A stretch of 64,000 nt of DNA from Cyanophora paradoxa CCMP329 (taxonomy: Eukaryota > Plantae > Glaucophyta). Location of the stretch: the NCBI GenBank assembly GCA_004431415.1, contig QPMI01000671.1, positions 62,001 through 126,000 of the forward strand. Direction: 5' to 3'. Of the stretch, positions 50,636 to 63,417 are shown piece by piece (the stretch's first letter is position 1; every line of letters starts with the position of its first letter). The notes beneath the pieces were generated by a model, which searched no databases, was not told the DNA's origin, and saw only the letters and a list, made by a program, of their open reading frames with translations. Position numbers and translations under genes: made by a program.

Positions 50636-52128
50636 ATGGCTACTCCTCGGCATGCTCTGGCGCTCCGCCGCGGTCTCGCCAGCGCGGCGGAAGCACGTGC
50701 TGCCGTGTTCCGCAGCCACGGGGCGCCCGCGTCGGTCCTGAAGTCCGCACCTCGCATTGCGCGACCGGGCCGGGCCGACAGCTCACGCGCTTTGCAGGGT
50801 TGAGAAGCAGAGCATTCCGGCGTCGATCGGCAGCAATCAAGTGCTTGTTCGTATGCTCGCCGCACCCCTCAACCCCGCCGACTTCAACGTGGTGGAGGGC
50901 GTCTATGGCATCTCGGCGTCTCTCCCCGCCGTCGGTGGCAATGAGGGTGTGGCTGTGGTCGAGAAGGTTGGCGCTGGTGTCAAGGACTTCAAGGCTGGCG
51001 ATTGGGTCATCCCTGCTAAGCCGCTGCTTGGTGCGCCTCACCACGACGCCCCGATCCGCGCACCGCCTCTCCTCCTCCCGTAAAGCCTGGAATTCGATTC
51101 GCTGTTACCGCAGGGACCTGGCGGACGCATGCAGTCGTGGGCGAGCTTGATGTCGCTAAGATCGCCTCGGACATCCCGAAGGAGTATGCGGCCACTCTTT
51201 CTGTGAACCCTTCCACCGCCCTCCGTCTCATTGAGGACTTCGCGAAGCTCAAGGCGGGTGCGCGGCGTGCTGCACCTCACTGCGTGCCTTTCCGCGGCTG
51301 CTTCGGCGCAGCTAACTGTGTCGTTCCGCCATGTCCGTAGGCGACGTGATTGTCCAGAACGGTGCCAACAGTGTTGTCGGCCAGTGCGTCATCCAGCTCG
51401 CTAAGGCGCGGGGCGTGAAGACCATCAACATCATCCGCGACCGGTGCGCCACAGAGCTGTGGCTGGGTTGCGAGTGTCTTCGGCGCATTGCGCTGCTTTT
51501 GTCGCTTTTGCTCAACGTGCATGATTCAGCGCTGATTACGCGGAGACGGCGGAGACGCTGAAGTCTATGGGCGCGGATGTCGTTGTCTCGGAGGACTACG
51601 CTAAGCGTCAGGCAATGGCTGACATCATTGCCGACTTCCCGGCGGCGAAGTTGGGGCTCAACTGCGTTGGGGGCCCGTCGGCTACCGAGGTTGTCCGGCT
51701 TCTCGGGTTCGTCGTCAGCGCGGTAATGCTGTGTCGCGCCCTCTCACACTGTCGCTTCCAGCAAGGGCGGCGTTATGGTCACGTACGGTGGCATGAGCCG
51801 CAAGCCCGTCACGATCCCCACTAGCGCGTTGATTTTCAAAGACATCACCGTGCGCGGCTTCTGGCTGTCGCGGTGGGCGGACTCCGTCTCCCCGGTTCGT
51901 ACTTTGCCTGTGTTTCAGGCATTCCACGTCGCTTGCGCACGCGCGCTCTGAAGTTTTCGGCCGCAACTGCAGGGCGTGCGCCTTGCGGCCATCAACCAGC
52001 TGGCGGACATGGTTCGGTCGAAGAAGCTGCAGTACATGATGGAGCGCAAGTCATTCGATGAGTTCGACGTCGCCGTCCTTCGCGCCCTCCAGCCTAGGAA
52101 GGACCGCAAGATCGTGCTGGACTTCTAA
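50636..52128 (+). CDS. MECR: Mitochondrial trans-2-enoyl-ACP/CoA reductase (ETR1/MECR)
   Basis: Mito-type presequence; [88 protein letters not shown]. Confidence 0.93.
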
Positions 52129-52532
52129 AGCAACAAGAGGTCCCCCAGCTCCTACTTTTCCCAAACAGCACGTGGTAGTGGTACTTTACCTCGGTACCGA
52201 TTTCAAGCGTTGAAGGCTAGGAGTGCCCAGCGCGCCCGTAGCGTAGAAAGAGCAACAAGAGGTCCCCCAGGCCATCTTTTCTCCCGATTCCTTTTCCTTT
52301 TTCACAGTATAATACTCCGCCCATTCATCCGCGATCTTTTGATGCCCTGTTCTCTTCTTTAGAGGGCTGCATACACAGAGCAGCGGCGGGGAGGAGCTGC
52401 ATGCTGCAGCTAGGACTACATGCCGTGTGCAGTGTCTGTAGCAAACTCACGGGCTCAAACAGAATGATCAAACTTGCGCGACGTTGTACAGCACACGTAT
52501 GCAATTTCGGGGTTTTGATCGCTCGCAGAAAA

Positions 52533-54062
52533 ATGTACCCGACGCCGCATGCGCAGGGAACGCCCGGAGCGGGCGCGCCGCAGCCGGGCTACCCGCCTGC
52601 AGCTAGCTATCCTGCGACAGCTGGCTATCCGCCTCCGGGCTATCCACCAGCTGGAGCATACCCGCCGCCCGGCGCGCCAGGCGCTGGCTACCCGCCGCCG
52701 CCCGGCGCGCCAGGAGCTGGCTACCCACCTCCGCCCGGCGCGCCAGGAGCTGGCTATCCACCGCCCGGCGTTCCTGGCTATCCCCCGGGGGCTGCTGCCT
52801 ACCCTCCGCCAAGCGCTCCGCCAGCCGCCTACGCTCCGCCCGGCGCAGCGCATGGACCCGGCGCTCCGCCACCTGCGTACGCGCCCGGGGTCGCGCCAGC
52901 TCTGCCCCCGCCCCCGCAATACGTACGTCACGGCGAGTTGCCTTTCGCCGCCTCTCCTTTAGCTTTCGCTCATTTTCGCATGTCAGGCGCCCGCCCTGCT
53001 TCCCGTCGTTGCCGATGGACCGGTGCTCTCCCCATCATGGGTCTTCAATTACCCCTTCAGGTGGACTCATAGATGGCTCATATCCCGATGGGGCTGTGAG
53101 GGCTGATGGGTAACGTAGGTGGGTGCTGAAGGACAAGTTTTGGCAGTGGACTTCGGGGGATCAGAAGATCCTCGATGCGTACGGACGTGAGGCAAGTGAA
53201 TTATGCTTCCAGTCAGCGTGGTTGGCAGAAGCTGACACAGTCTGCAGGTCCTGAAGGGCGACGGCAAGTTTGCGAGCTTTCATGATGACACCACTTTTTA
53301 CGATCTTGCTGGAAACAAAGTCCTGAGAATTATGAATAGAGTATTCTCCCTTGGAAGTACTTACAAGATATACAACAGTCAGGACCAGCCGGTGGCCACG
53401 CAGCGACGCGGTATGTTTCTTTTGTGGAAACGTCACACAAATGAGCTCGAGCCCCGTCTCTACATGTCGCAGACGTGTTTAATTGGCCAGGAACGTCCAT
53501 CAGCAGAGTTTACCGAGGCAATGCGCACTTTAAGATGAATGGTGATCCGGAAAATCCTACGGTAAACCCCCTGATTTATGTTGTTGAAGGTTTGCTGCAC
53601 TCCCGCTTTGGTTCGTGCTCTGTTTTCTACTATGCACGCCCCATTGGTTTCTGAACATCTGCTGAATCAGAGATCAAGAATGCAGCCACAGGTTTGACCG
53701 TCGCAACTGTGAGTTCACCGTGTACTCGTGGCCAGGCGGATTCTGCTACAGGGGCTGCAGGGGTAGCTGATCTTTGGGGGCAGGTCCAAAGGGATGCTTT
53801 TAACTTCAAGCAACTGCTAAACAAGAACGTACGCATTCACCCCATATGCATCCCAGTCCTGAAGCCAGAAGTGGCTTAGAGCGGAAGTTCAAGCGGTGAC
53901 TCACTTTTCACCCCAGACTTTCATCCTCGAGTGCGCCCCTGGTGTCGACGCCCTCCTCATGCTTGCCATGACGGTCAGCGCTAACACAGGGTTAGAGTTT
54001 TCTGGCTAATTTTTCGATAGGTTATCGTGGAGCACGAAGCCACGAAGGCCCAGAAAGACTGA
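52533..54062 (+). CDS. LURP-one-related / Tubby-C2 (scramblase-like) protein with an N-terminal GYPP-rich region
   Basis: (GAPGAGYPPPP)n N-terminus; FYDLAGNKVLRI..SLGSTYKIY; EIKNAATGLTVAT; TFILECAPGVDALLMLAMTVIVEHE. Confidence 0.75.
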
Positions 54063-54150
54063 AGGCCTTCATCAGAGATCAAGAATGCAGCCACAGGTTT
54101 GACCGTCGCAACTGGGAGTTTACCGTGTACTCGTGGCCAGGCGGATTCTG
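53666..54150 (+). repeat. 80-bp direct repeat (53666-53745 and 54071-54150)
   Basis: atcagagatcaagaatgcagcc...gcggattctg occurs twice with 2 mismatches. Confidence 0.95.
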
Positions 54151-54355
54151 GCCAAGGGTCATCTCCCAGGTTCAACATTAGATAAGCTCAGGGAGCTAAG
54201 CTAAAATAGGGCTCTGGCGCCGGCCTGCGAAAAACCGGGCAAAAAAATCCCGTAAAGCGCTGTGCCGGGGCCGACCTTTCTCCCACTTTGCCCCCATGAT
54301 CATCGGATGGAAGCTAGCCTTTGATTTGTACAGTACAAAATACAGATCAGCCTGA

Positions 54356-55994
54356 TCACCGTTTCATCATGTTCTGCTGCTGCATGGCCTGCAGCTGCGC
54401 AAAAACCGCGTGCTGTTGCTGCTGCTGCTGTGGCTGGTGCTGCTGCTGCGAACCAAAACTCATAGCACCAGCCTGTGCACCCATGCCATTCATCCCCATG
54501 CCCATTGCTGGCTGCATCGGAGCAGGGGGCATTCCCATCGCCATGCCTCCAGCAGCGCCCATCCGCTGCTGCTGCATCTGCTGCTGGTGCAGCTGCTGCT
54601 GTAGCATGGCCGCTTGCATCATCTGCTGCTGGTGCATCATCATCTGCTGCTGCTGAGCAGCGGGCTGCATCATAGGCTGCGCCATTCCCATGGGACGCGC
54701 GCCGATCTGCATCTGCATCTGTTGCGGCATCATCCCCATGTTCTGCAGATTATAAGCGCGAAGGCGAGGAATGTATGGAGGGAGCCAGCGCACCATTCCT
54801 TGTGCAGGCTGCATCATACCAATGCCTGGCATCATAGCGCCCTGCATCGGCATGGCCGACATCGCAGGGGTCTGGTTGAAGAGAGACAAAATCGAGTCCT
54901 TCGTGGCTGCCTGTTGCTGCTGGGCCTGGGCGTGGGCCTGCGCCTGCGCCTGCGCCTGCGCCTGGGCTTGTGCCTGCGCCTGGGCTTGTGCCTGAGCTGG
55001 TAAAGGCGCTGCCTGGAACGCGCCGAAAAGAGAGTTGGAGGCTGCCGTTTGCGGGGCCGCGCTCGGGGCCGGTGCTGGCGCTGGCGCCGCATCCAGCAGG
55101 TCCAGAAGATTGACTTCCGCTTGCTTAGGAGCTGCTGTGGGCTTGCTAGATGTATTAGAGGACGCAACAGAACGCCTGTCGTCACTGTCCCGCGATGATG
55201 GCCGCGGCGACGGGGACGACGTCTCCTCCCGCTTGGTGATCTGCCGGAAAGGAAATAAGAACGAATGTCGCGCCGAATCGTCCCCGAGCGAACCGACGGC
55301 ATTGCGGCCCCCTTCTTCATGAACTCTTTGCGCTCGTACTTCGAGCGGATGAAACGCTCTAGACTGCGCACGCATTAGAGCGCCCGAAATCGCGGACGCG
55401 GAGCGGACAGACGCACTCGACATCGCTTTCAAGCCGGTCCTTGCGAAATGTGGATGAGAGATTGGCTTCGAAGAGTTCGTTCGCTTTCGCGTTGCCCATC
55501 GACTGCATGAACTGCAGAATGTCAGGTGTGGCACACATGCGACACAACGCACTGCACACCTCCACCTGCTCCGTTGCCCACGAATCAAGCGTAACAGACT
55601 TTACTTTGGAGATGTGAACGCCGAGGCTGCGGTGAATGCCAGAGCAACGAATGCAGACGAAGACGCCGAGGTTGACCGATGCCCACCGGGGACCTGCGCG
55701 AGGTGGACGCTTCAGCAAGATATTGGCCAATGTAGCCCGCGCCTCTGCTGCCGTCAAGCAAGCGGTTCGTCGCGCTATCCAGCGGATTAGATCTCAATTG
55801 CAAGCGCGAGGGCTCACCGCGAGCGCCGCAGTCTGCGCCATTACCGAAGCCGATTAGAAGAAAGAACTGAATGCTGCGGGCGGCGACATACCCGCGCATT
55901 CCCTGTTCTCCGGCTTCTTCAGGAGGTCGTCAAGAGCTTTCAGGTTACGGGTGAGCTCATCCTGCGACTTGGCCTTCGCCGCGTGCGAAGCCAT
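54356..55994 (-). CDS. ArfGAP (SMAP/AGD5-like) with Gln/Met-rich C-terminus
   Basis: [72 protein letters not shown], clathrin-box-like NLLDLLD, and (QA)n and Q/M tracts. Confidence 0.93.
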
Positions 55995-56195
55995 CTCCAA
56001 GCCCGGATATCGCGCACTGCCGCGCTCTGCTACGGCTGCGCGGTGAGCGCGCTGCCGGCGAACAGTACGGGTACGCGACACAGACTTTTCGCGGGAGTTG
56101 ACCGCCAACCCCGGTAACTTGGAGCGCCGAGAAGTGCGGCGGCGCGATCACATCCTCCCGGAGACGTCGATCCTCGCCCAGCGGCCACGCGCGAG

Positions 56196-59100
56196 ATGCC
56201 GGGCGATGCGCGGGCCGGCGTTCAGCCGGCGCGGCAGCCCACGGCGGCCTGGCTCTCGGAGCAGGAACGAGAACGCTACGTGAAGCTCGAAGAGCAGCGC
56301 CTCCGCCAGCTGCGGCTCAAGCAGGTCAGAGCGGGTGCAAATTCCACTGCGCATGCGTCCGCTGATCGTGCCACCTGCAGGTCCGCGAGCAGGACAGATT
56401 GTTCGCAGCATCCAAGAGAGAGAAGTACCAGCAGCTCAAGCGCCAGCAGGAGAACATGGTGCAGGCCAACGTGCTCGTGCGTTCGGCGGTTGTCCCCCCT
56501 CCCTCCCTGCCATCACCGACCCTTCCGCAGCACGTGTGGGAGGCCCGGCAAATTGAGGAGACGAATCGGGCCAGGGAGGAGCTGGAGGAGGCCATCAGAC
56601 GGGTTGGCGCGAGCCACATGCAGGCGGCTGAGTTCCAGGCGTCCGAGGTACGCCGAGGCGGACGACAGCGCGGCCGAACGCCTCTAATCTTTTGGTACTA
56701 GCTGGCCGCGGCCCACGAGCAGCAGTGGAGGTGGGCAGAGAGCCGCGCAGCCGCCCAGGAGCGCTACCGCAACGCGATGACCAAGGTGCCCGGTTTAAAT
56801 TCTCTGGCGCCTACGGCACCAGGCTGAACACCTCACAGGTGGAAGCGGAGCGGGTGTCGGCCCGGCAGGTTGCGGAGCAGACGAGCGTGCGGCGCGCGGT
56901 CGTTCACGACGTCGAGGCCGAGCGCAGCGCCATCGTGGTGCCCTCCCGCGAGTCGCCCCAGCGCCCTCGCTCTGCCTGTTCCCGACCGGCTCCTGCGCAG
57001 GTGTCATCGAAGCGGGCGCGCTCGCTCTCTGCAAACCCGACCCCCGGGGCCCCCGGGGCCCCCGGAGCCCCCAGCCCGCCGCCGGCGAGCACCTTGGGCC
57101 TCATAACCCGCGGCGCGGGCGCGCTGACGGCCAGCCGCGCGGGCGCGTCCGTAGTCGCGGTGCGCCGGCACGAGCGGTCCGCGTCGCCTGTCAGGGCGGC
57201 CACGGCGGCGGCGCCCGGCGGCGACGAGGCGCCCCAGCCCGGCGGATGGGCCAACCTCTCAGCGACGGTGCGGGGACGCGGGTCGGGCGAACGGGACCCG
57301 CCGGAAGGCGCAGCTGAGTGGCCGCGGGGCGGACAGATGGCGGCCCAGGCGGAAGAGGAGGTGGCCGTCTACGGGCAGGCGGAGCGCGAGCGGCAGGCCA
57401 GCGAGCATCGCACCCGCGCCGTCGGCCGCGCCCGCGAGGCCGCGCAGCAGCTCGCCCTTCGCAAGGCGCGCCGCTGCCCCCGCCCGGCGCCGTCGCCGGT
57501 GCTGAGGGCCGCCCCGCAGGAGCGGGAGGGGCTGGAAGCGCACCTGGCGGCGCAGGAACGGGCGGAACGGGCGCGGCGTCGGGAGGAGGTGGCGGCGGCG
57601 ACGCGGACGCCGGTGACGGGCGTGCCGGGCCGCTCGCGGTCGCCGGCGCGAGCGCGGCTGCGGGCCTTCGAGGAGGAGTTCGTCCGCATGGTCACGGAGG
57701 AGGCCCTGGGGCGCGCGGGACCACCCGAGCCCATCCCGCTGGACGCCACCGAGATCGGGGCGCCGGCCTCCATCGGGGCGGCCCCGGGGCCCTCCGACGG
57801 GACCGTCGCCCACGTCCTGCGCGTCGCCCGCGCCGCCGCACGCGCCGCCGTGGAGACGGAGGCGCGCCATGCGGAGGCCGCCGCCGCAAGGGGACGGCTG
57901 GGGGCGGCGGCGGGCCCCGAGGCGCTGGCGGCGCTCGAGGAGGAGGTGGAGGGGCGCCAGGCGGAGAAGGCCCTGGCGCTCCGCGAGCTGGGCCGCCGCG
58001 CCGAGCTGGCGGCGCGCGAGGGCGACGCCGCGGCGCGGCTCGCCCGCGAGGCGGCGCTCCTGCGCGGGGCCGGCCCCGCGGAGCGCGAGGAGCGCGCGCG
58101 GGCCGTGGAGCTGCTGCGCACGGCGGCGGCGGCGGCGCTCGCGGCGGAGGAGGCGAGCGACCGCCTCGGGGAGGAGCGCCTGGGCGACGCCCTCGGGCTC
58201 GCCGGCGCCGCGGGGGCCGCCGAGCTCGCCGCCGCCCGCGCAGCGGCCTCCGCCGCCGCCCGCCGCGAGGCAGGTGCGTCCGCGTCCGAGGCCGTCGCCG
58301 CGAAGCACGAGGCGCCCCCGGGGCGACCGCCCGTCGCCCGGCGCGCAGCGGAGCAGCAGCTGCGGGAGGCGCCGCCCTCGCCGCCCTCGCCGGGGGCCCG
58401 TGCGGGGCGGCAGCTCCCGCCCGTGCGCCTCCCGAGCGTGCCGGCGGCGGCCCTGGACGCCTCCGTCTCCTCCCTGGCGAGCGCCCCCGGGGCCGCCTCC
58501 ACGGCGACCACCACGGAGTCGCCCTCGGGGAGCAGCCCCTCGGGGGGGGCCGGCCGGACGACGTCGACCCCGTCCGCCTCGGACCGCCCCTCCAGCGTCC
58601 CCTCGGACCGCGACCGGGGCCGCACCGCCGCCGCGGGCTCCACCGCGTCGCCCTCGACCAACACAACCGCGGGGACGGCCACCGGCTCCCCCTCCTCGCA
58701 GGGGGAGACGCCGGCGAGCGGCGCCTCCCTGAGCCCGGGCACTGGCTCGGGCGGGAGCTGCGGCCCCGCCGCCTCGCCCTCCGCCTCGCTCTCTCTCTCG
58801 ACGGGCACGGGGTCGCGCCCTTCGGAGATCCCCTCCTCGGCGCCGTCGAGCGGCCCCTCGCCCGGCCCCGGCGCCGGCGCCGGCCCGCTGTACACGGGAG
58901 CGGCGGCACTCGCGTCCGCCCCGTCGCCCTCCATCTCACTTACGACGACCGTCTGCTCCTCGGGGGCCTCCCGCGAGGCAACGGGGTACCCGGACGAGGA
59001 GCCGCCGCCTGACCCGGCCTCGCTGCGGGACGAGATCCTGCGCCGCCTCTCCGCCGCCAACGCCTGGCTTGCCCGCTACAACGGGGCGCCGCCCTCCCCG

Positions 59101-62100
59101 GCCCGCGCCGCCCCGGCGGCCTCGCACGGCTCCACGCCCTCGCGGGCCACGGCTACGGGCACCGCCACGGCGGACCGCAGCGGGGGCAGCCCGGGGACGA
59201 GCCTCTCCTCGCCCGGCGCCTCCACGCCCCTCACCTCCCTTTCCGCCTCCACCGCCTCCGCCGGGGGCCTCCCCTCCGCCGCCGCCGGCGCCTCGCCCCG
59301 CCGCCGGCGCCGGGGCCGGCGGCGGGGCCTGGGGCGGGGACTCGTCGGCGGACCTCGAGGAGGGCGACGACGTGCGCCTCGTCTCCGCCACCGCCTCCCC
59401 CGCCCGGCCGGCCCCCGCTGCCGCCCGCCCCGCCGCCCCGCACACCGCCCCCTCCACTCCCTCCACGGGGCCCCGGCCCTCGGCCTCCCGCGAGATCGAG
59501 TTCACCCCCGGCGGCGGCCGTGCGGCTGGCAGCCCGTCCTCGGACGCCCCGGGCCCCGCCCTCCCGTACGCCTCGCCCGCCCCGGAGGCCGTCTCGCCCG
59601 CCGCGCGGCCTCCCGCGCCCACCACCGCCTCGCCGCCGCCGCCTGGGCTGGCCCCCGCCGCCTCCCCGCCCCAGCGACCCGTGGTCGCTCCCATCCCCGC
59701 AGGCCTCCGTCGGCCGCGGGACCCGAACGTCCCCTCGCCCCCGCCGTCGCCGTACCCCTCGACGGCGCCGCCCTCGGCCCCCTCGACGCCCTCGACGGTG
59801 GCCTCGCCCCACTCCTCCGCCCCGTCCTCCGCCACGGCCCGCGCCGCCTCGCGGCCCTCGTCCCTCCCGACACCGCCCCCCTCGGGGCCCCGCGTGCTCC
59901 TCTCCATCTCCGCCCAGCGCGGCGGCGCGCAGCGGTACGCCCCTCTGGAGGAGCCCGAGGAGGCCGCAGCCGCAGGCACCGAGGACGAGGACGGAGACGC
60001 GGCGGCGGGGCGCGCGGGGCCGGAGCACCCGTCCCCGCCCCAGCTCTCGGGAGAGGCCCCCCGGGGCCGCTCCCAGTCGGACTCGTCCCTCTCCTCCCTC
60101 TCCTCCCTCGGGGCCCGCGTCTCGCGGCCCTCCGCCGGCCGCCCGCCCCGCTCCCCGGCCCTCTCCTCCCCCGCTTCCTCCTCCCCCTCTCTCCCCTCCG
60201 CCGGCCCCGCCTCCGCGCCCTCTCCCCCGGCGACGCCGCCCGCCGCCCCGCAGCCGGCCTCGGGCCCGAGGGCGTCGCCGCCCGGGGCGTGGCGCGTCGG
60301 CGGCTCGGCGGCATCATCTCCGGAGGCCGCCATCGCGCGGGCGCGGCAGCTGCTGGCCGCCCTCGAGGCGCAGGAGGCCCTCGGCCCGCCCCACGCCGAC
60401 GAGGCCGGCGCATCCCCGTCCCGCTCCGCCGCCCCGGGTCCCGCCTCCCGCTCGTCCCTGGCCTCTTCCCTCCGCAGCTCTGTTTCCACCGCCGCCTCAG
60501 CGCCGGCCTCGGCCCTGCCGGCGGCCGAGCCGGTGTCGCCTCAGGCGGCCATTGACCACTTCCGGCGCGAGTTGGTCCGCCCATGCGGCCGCCCCGTCCT
60601 CTTCCCGCCCACTCATTCTGCCGCGCAGCAGGGGGAGTCGCCAGTCAGCAGACCTGGATCCGAGGCACCCATCGCGAGGGCGCGGCAGCTGCTGGCGGCT
60701 CTTGAGACGCACGACGCGCTGGGCTCTCCGCCGCCCGCCGAGGCCTTCGCCTCTCCCCCCCGCTCCGCCGCCCCGGGCCCCGCGTCCCGCTCGTCCCGCT
60801 CGTCCCTGGCCTCCTCGTCCGTTCGCAGCTCCGTCTCCACTGCCGCCTCCGCAACGGCCCATGCCCTCCCGGCGGCCACTCCAGACTCGCCTGAAGCCGC
60901 CATCGCCCGCCTCCGCCAGGAGCTGGTCCGCCCGCGCCGTGCCCCCGCCCCCTCCCTGCCCCCCCTAATGACCCCGCCGCCCTCGCAGCAGGCCGAGTCG
61001 CCCATCTCTCCCATCTCAGGGGCCAGCCCTCGGGCCGGGTCGGACGCCGGGCCCCCGCTCGGCTCGCCGCCGGCGCCGCCCCAGGGCGCCCGCGGCGGAC
61101 CCGTCTCCCCCGCCGCCCCCTTCTCCCCGGCCGTCCCCTCGGTAACCTCCGCGGCCTCGACGCCGCACGCTGCGGGCCGAGGGGAGCAGGCGGGCGGCCG
61201 CGGCGCCTCTCTCTCGCCGGCCGCCCCCTCCGCCCCCTCCGCTGCCTCTGCCGCGTCGACGCCGCATGGCGCTCGCGGGGGTCCCCTGTCGCCGGCCGCC
61301 GCCGCTGCTGCATCCGCCGCTTCGACGCCGCACACAGCGGGCCGAGGAGCGCAGAGCGCTCGCAGCGGACCCCTCTCCCCGGCAGACCCCCCGGCCTCCT
61401 CTTCTGCGTCTTTGGCGTCGACGCCGCGAACGGCGGGCCGCGGGGCGCCGGCTCACGAGGTGGCGGAGGCAGCGCCGGGCTCGGCGGGCGAGGGAGGGGC
61501 CGTTGCCCGCCACGACTCGCCGCCCCTCTCGCCCCTCACCGAGGAGCAGTGGGCCATGGTCGAGGCTGCTCTCCAGCACCAGGCCCGTTCCCGCCACACG
61601 CTGCTCGTGGTTGAGGCTGCTCTGACGCCCACGCAGCTCGTGACGCCGCCCATCTCCGCCGTGGCCTCCCCCGCCAAGCCGCGGGCGACCGGCGGCGCAC
61701 GCGGGCCGCGGTCCGCCTCTGCGTCGTCCTCCTCTCCGTCCTCGTCCTCCTCCTTCTCGCCCCCCGCGGGGCCGGCGCGCGCCCCCGCCTCGGACCGCTC
61801 CTACCTCTCCGGCGCCTCCTTCGAGGCCGCTGAGCGGGCCGCCTTCGCCGGCGTCGCGGCGCCCGAGGCGCCGGGGTCGCCCCCGCCGGCCTCCCCCGCG
61901 ACGCGGGCCACCGAGATCCGCCGCCTCGAGGAGGAGACCCGCTCCCTCGCCTCGGACCTCGTGCGACGCCTTTGCTCCGCCCCGGCCTCGCTCCTGTCGC
62001 GCCGCTGAAGCTGCCCGCAGGCCCGCGTGTACGCAGGAGCCGGAGCCGGGGCGGGGGCCGGGGCCGCCGCCGTCTCGCCGCCGCCGCCGCTGCCCTCGCC

Positions 62101-63417
62101 CGAGTCGCCCTCGCGGCCCCCGCGGCGGGGCCCCAGCGCCTCGGCGGCCTCGACGCCGGCGCAGGCGGCCAGCGCGGCGGCGCCGGCGGCCTCGCCGCCG
62201 CTGCCGCAGCCGGCGGCGGACCTGCTGGCGGTCTCGAGCGAGGACGGCTCCGACCGCTGGCTCCACGACTGGTCCGCGGGCGGCAGCTCCGCGAGCCCGC
62301 CCCGCGCCGCCTCCGACGCCTCCTCGGCCCGGCGCGCCCTCTCGCCCCACTTCCTCCCCGCCCCGCGGGCCGGCTCCCCCTCGGCCTCGGACTCGGCCAG
62401 CGGGGCCGCCTCCTCCTCCGCCGAGTCGCAGCCGCTCTCGCAACACCTCCTCCCGCTCCTCGGGGGCGAGGCAGCGGGGAGGGCGGCGGCGGCGGGGCTG
62501 GACCCCGCGGAGGTGCGGCGGGCGGAGGCGGCCCCCGACCTGGCCGCGTACCTCGAGGCGGACGAGAGCGGGGAGGGCGGGGCCGGGGACGCCGCGGGGC
62601 GCTTCCTGCGCCTCAGCCGGGAGGTGGAGGCGCTGGACGAGCTGCTGGAGGCGGCGGCGGCGCGGCTGCGGGAGGGCGGCGGGCGCGAGCTCGAGGAGGG
62701 CCTCGAGGACGAGCTCCGCGACTTCACCGAGGAGCTCGTCGGCCTGCAGCCGGCCCTCCCCTCGCCGCCCCCGCCGGGCTCCGCCGCCCCCGCCCTCGAC
62801 CTCCGCGCCGCCTTCGAGCAGCGCCAGGCCAGCTTCATCGAGCGCTCCCGCCAGCGCGTCGCCCAGGCCCGCCCCGCGCCCCCGCCCCCGCCCGCGGCGC
62901 CCTGACCCCGCCCCGACCAGATCCGCCGGCGCGCAGACGGCTCCGAGGCGCGCCGGGCCCCGCGGCCCTCGCAGGCAGCGCCCCCCGCGCGGAGCCGCGG
63001 CGCAGATGGGGGCGCGTCGGAGTCCCCACCTCATGCGGAGGGCGGCGAGGGGCGGCAGGGGGGCCCGAGCTGGCGGCCCTCCCCACCGTCGGGCAGCATC
63101 GACATGCGCGCGGCCCGCGAGCGTACCGCCCGCCACTACCAGAACCTCCCCGAAGTCAAAAAGGTCCGTTAAATCGTTGGCCCGTCTCACTTGCTCCCTC
63201 TAAATTGAGCCGCACACCGTGATGGGCAGATGCGGGAGGAGCGGGAGCGGCGAGAGCGACTGCTGGCCCTGCGCGCCAAGGTCAAGGCCCTCGACGAGGT
63301 GCGTCCAAAAACACCCCCCCCCCTCCCCCCCCCCCCCCCCCCCCTCCTTCCCCGGGACGACGTCTCTGACACCCGCTGCGGCAGAAGCTGAAGTCGCGCG
63401 GGGCGAAAAGACTTTGA
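56196..63417 (+). CDS. CEP295: CEP295/Ana1-like centriolar protein (N-terminal DDC8-like region, C-terminal ALMS motif)
   Basis: N-terminus LSEQERERYVKLEEQRLRQLRLKQVREQDRLFA..WEARQ..VGASHMQA. C-terminus LRAAFEQRQASFIERSRQRV and MRAARERTARHYQNLPEVKKMREERERR. The long middle is S/P/A-rich and disordered. There is an apparent 1-nt frameshift near 59300. Confidence 0.75.
60318..60930 (+). repeat. Duplicated exon (about 85 aa) within the CEP295-like gene
   Basis: EAAIARARQLLAALE...SPQAAIDHFRREL|gtccgc (about 60318-60580) is repeated as EAPIARARQLLAALE...SPEAAIARLRQEL|gtccgc (about 60660-60930). Confidence 0.85.

Noticed and set aside
59285-59320. Frameshift in the CEP295-like gene (similar cases near 18700 and about 6000) as a pseudogene or programmed frameshift
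   Set aside because: The 59300 and 18700 shifts fall at short G/C homopolymers with intact coding signal on both sides; the one near 6000 may be an unrecognised intron. Sequencing error or a missed intron is more likely. Needs read check.
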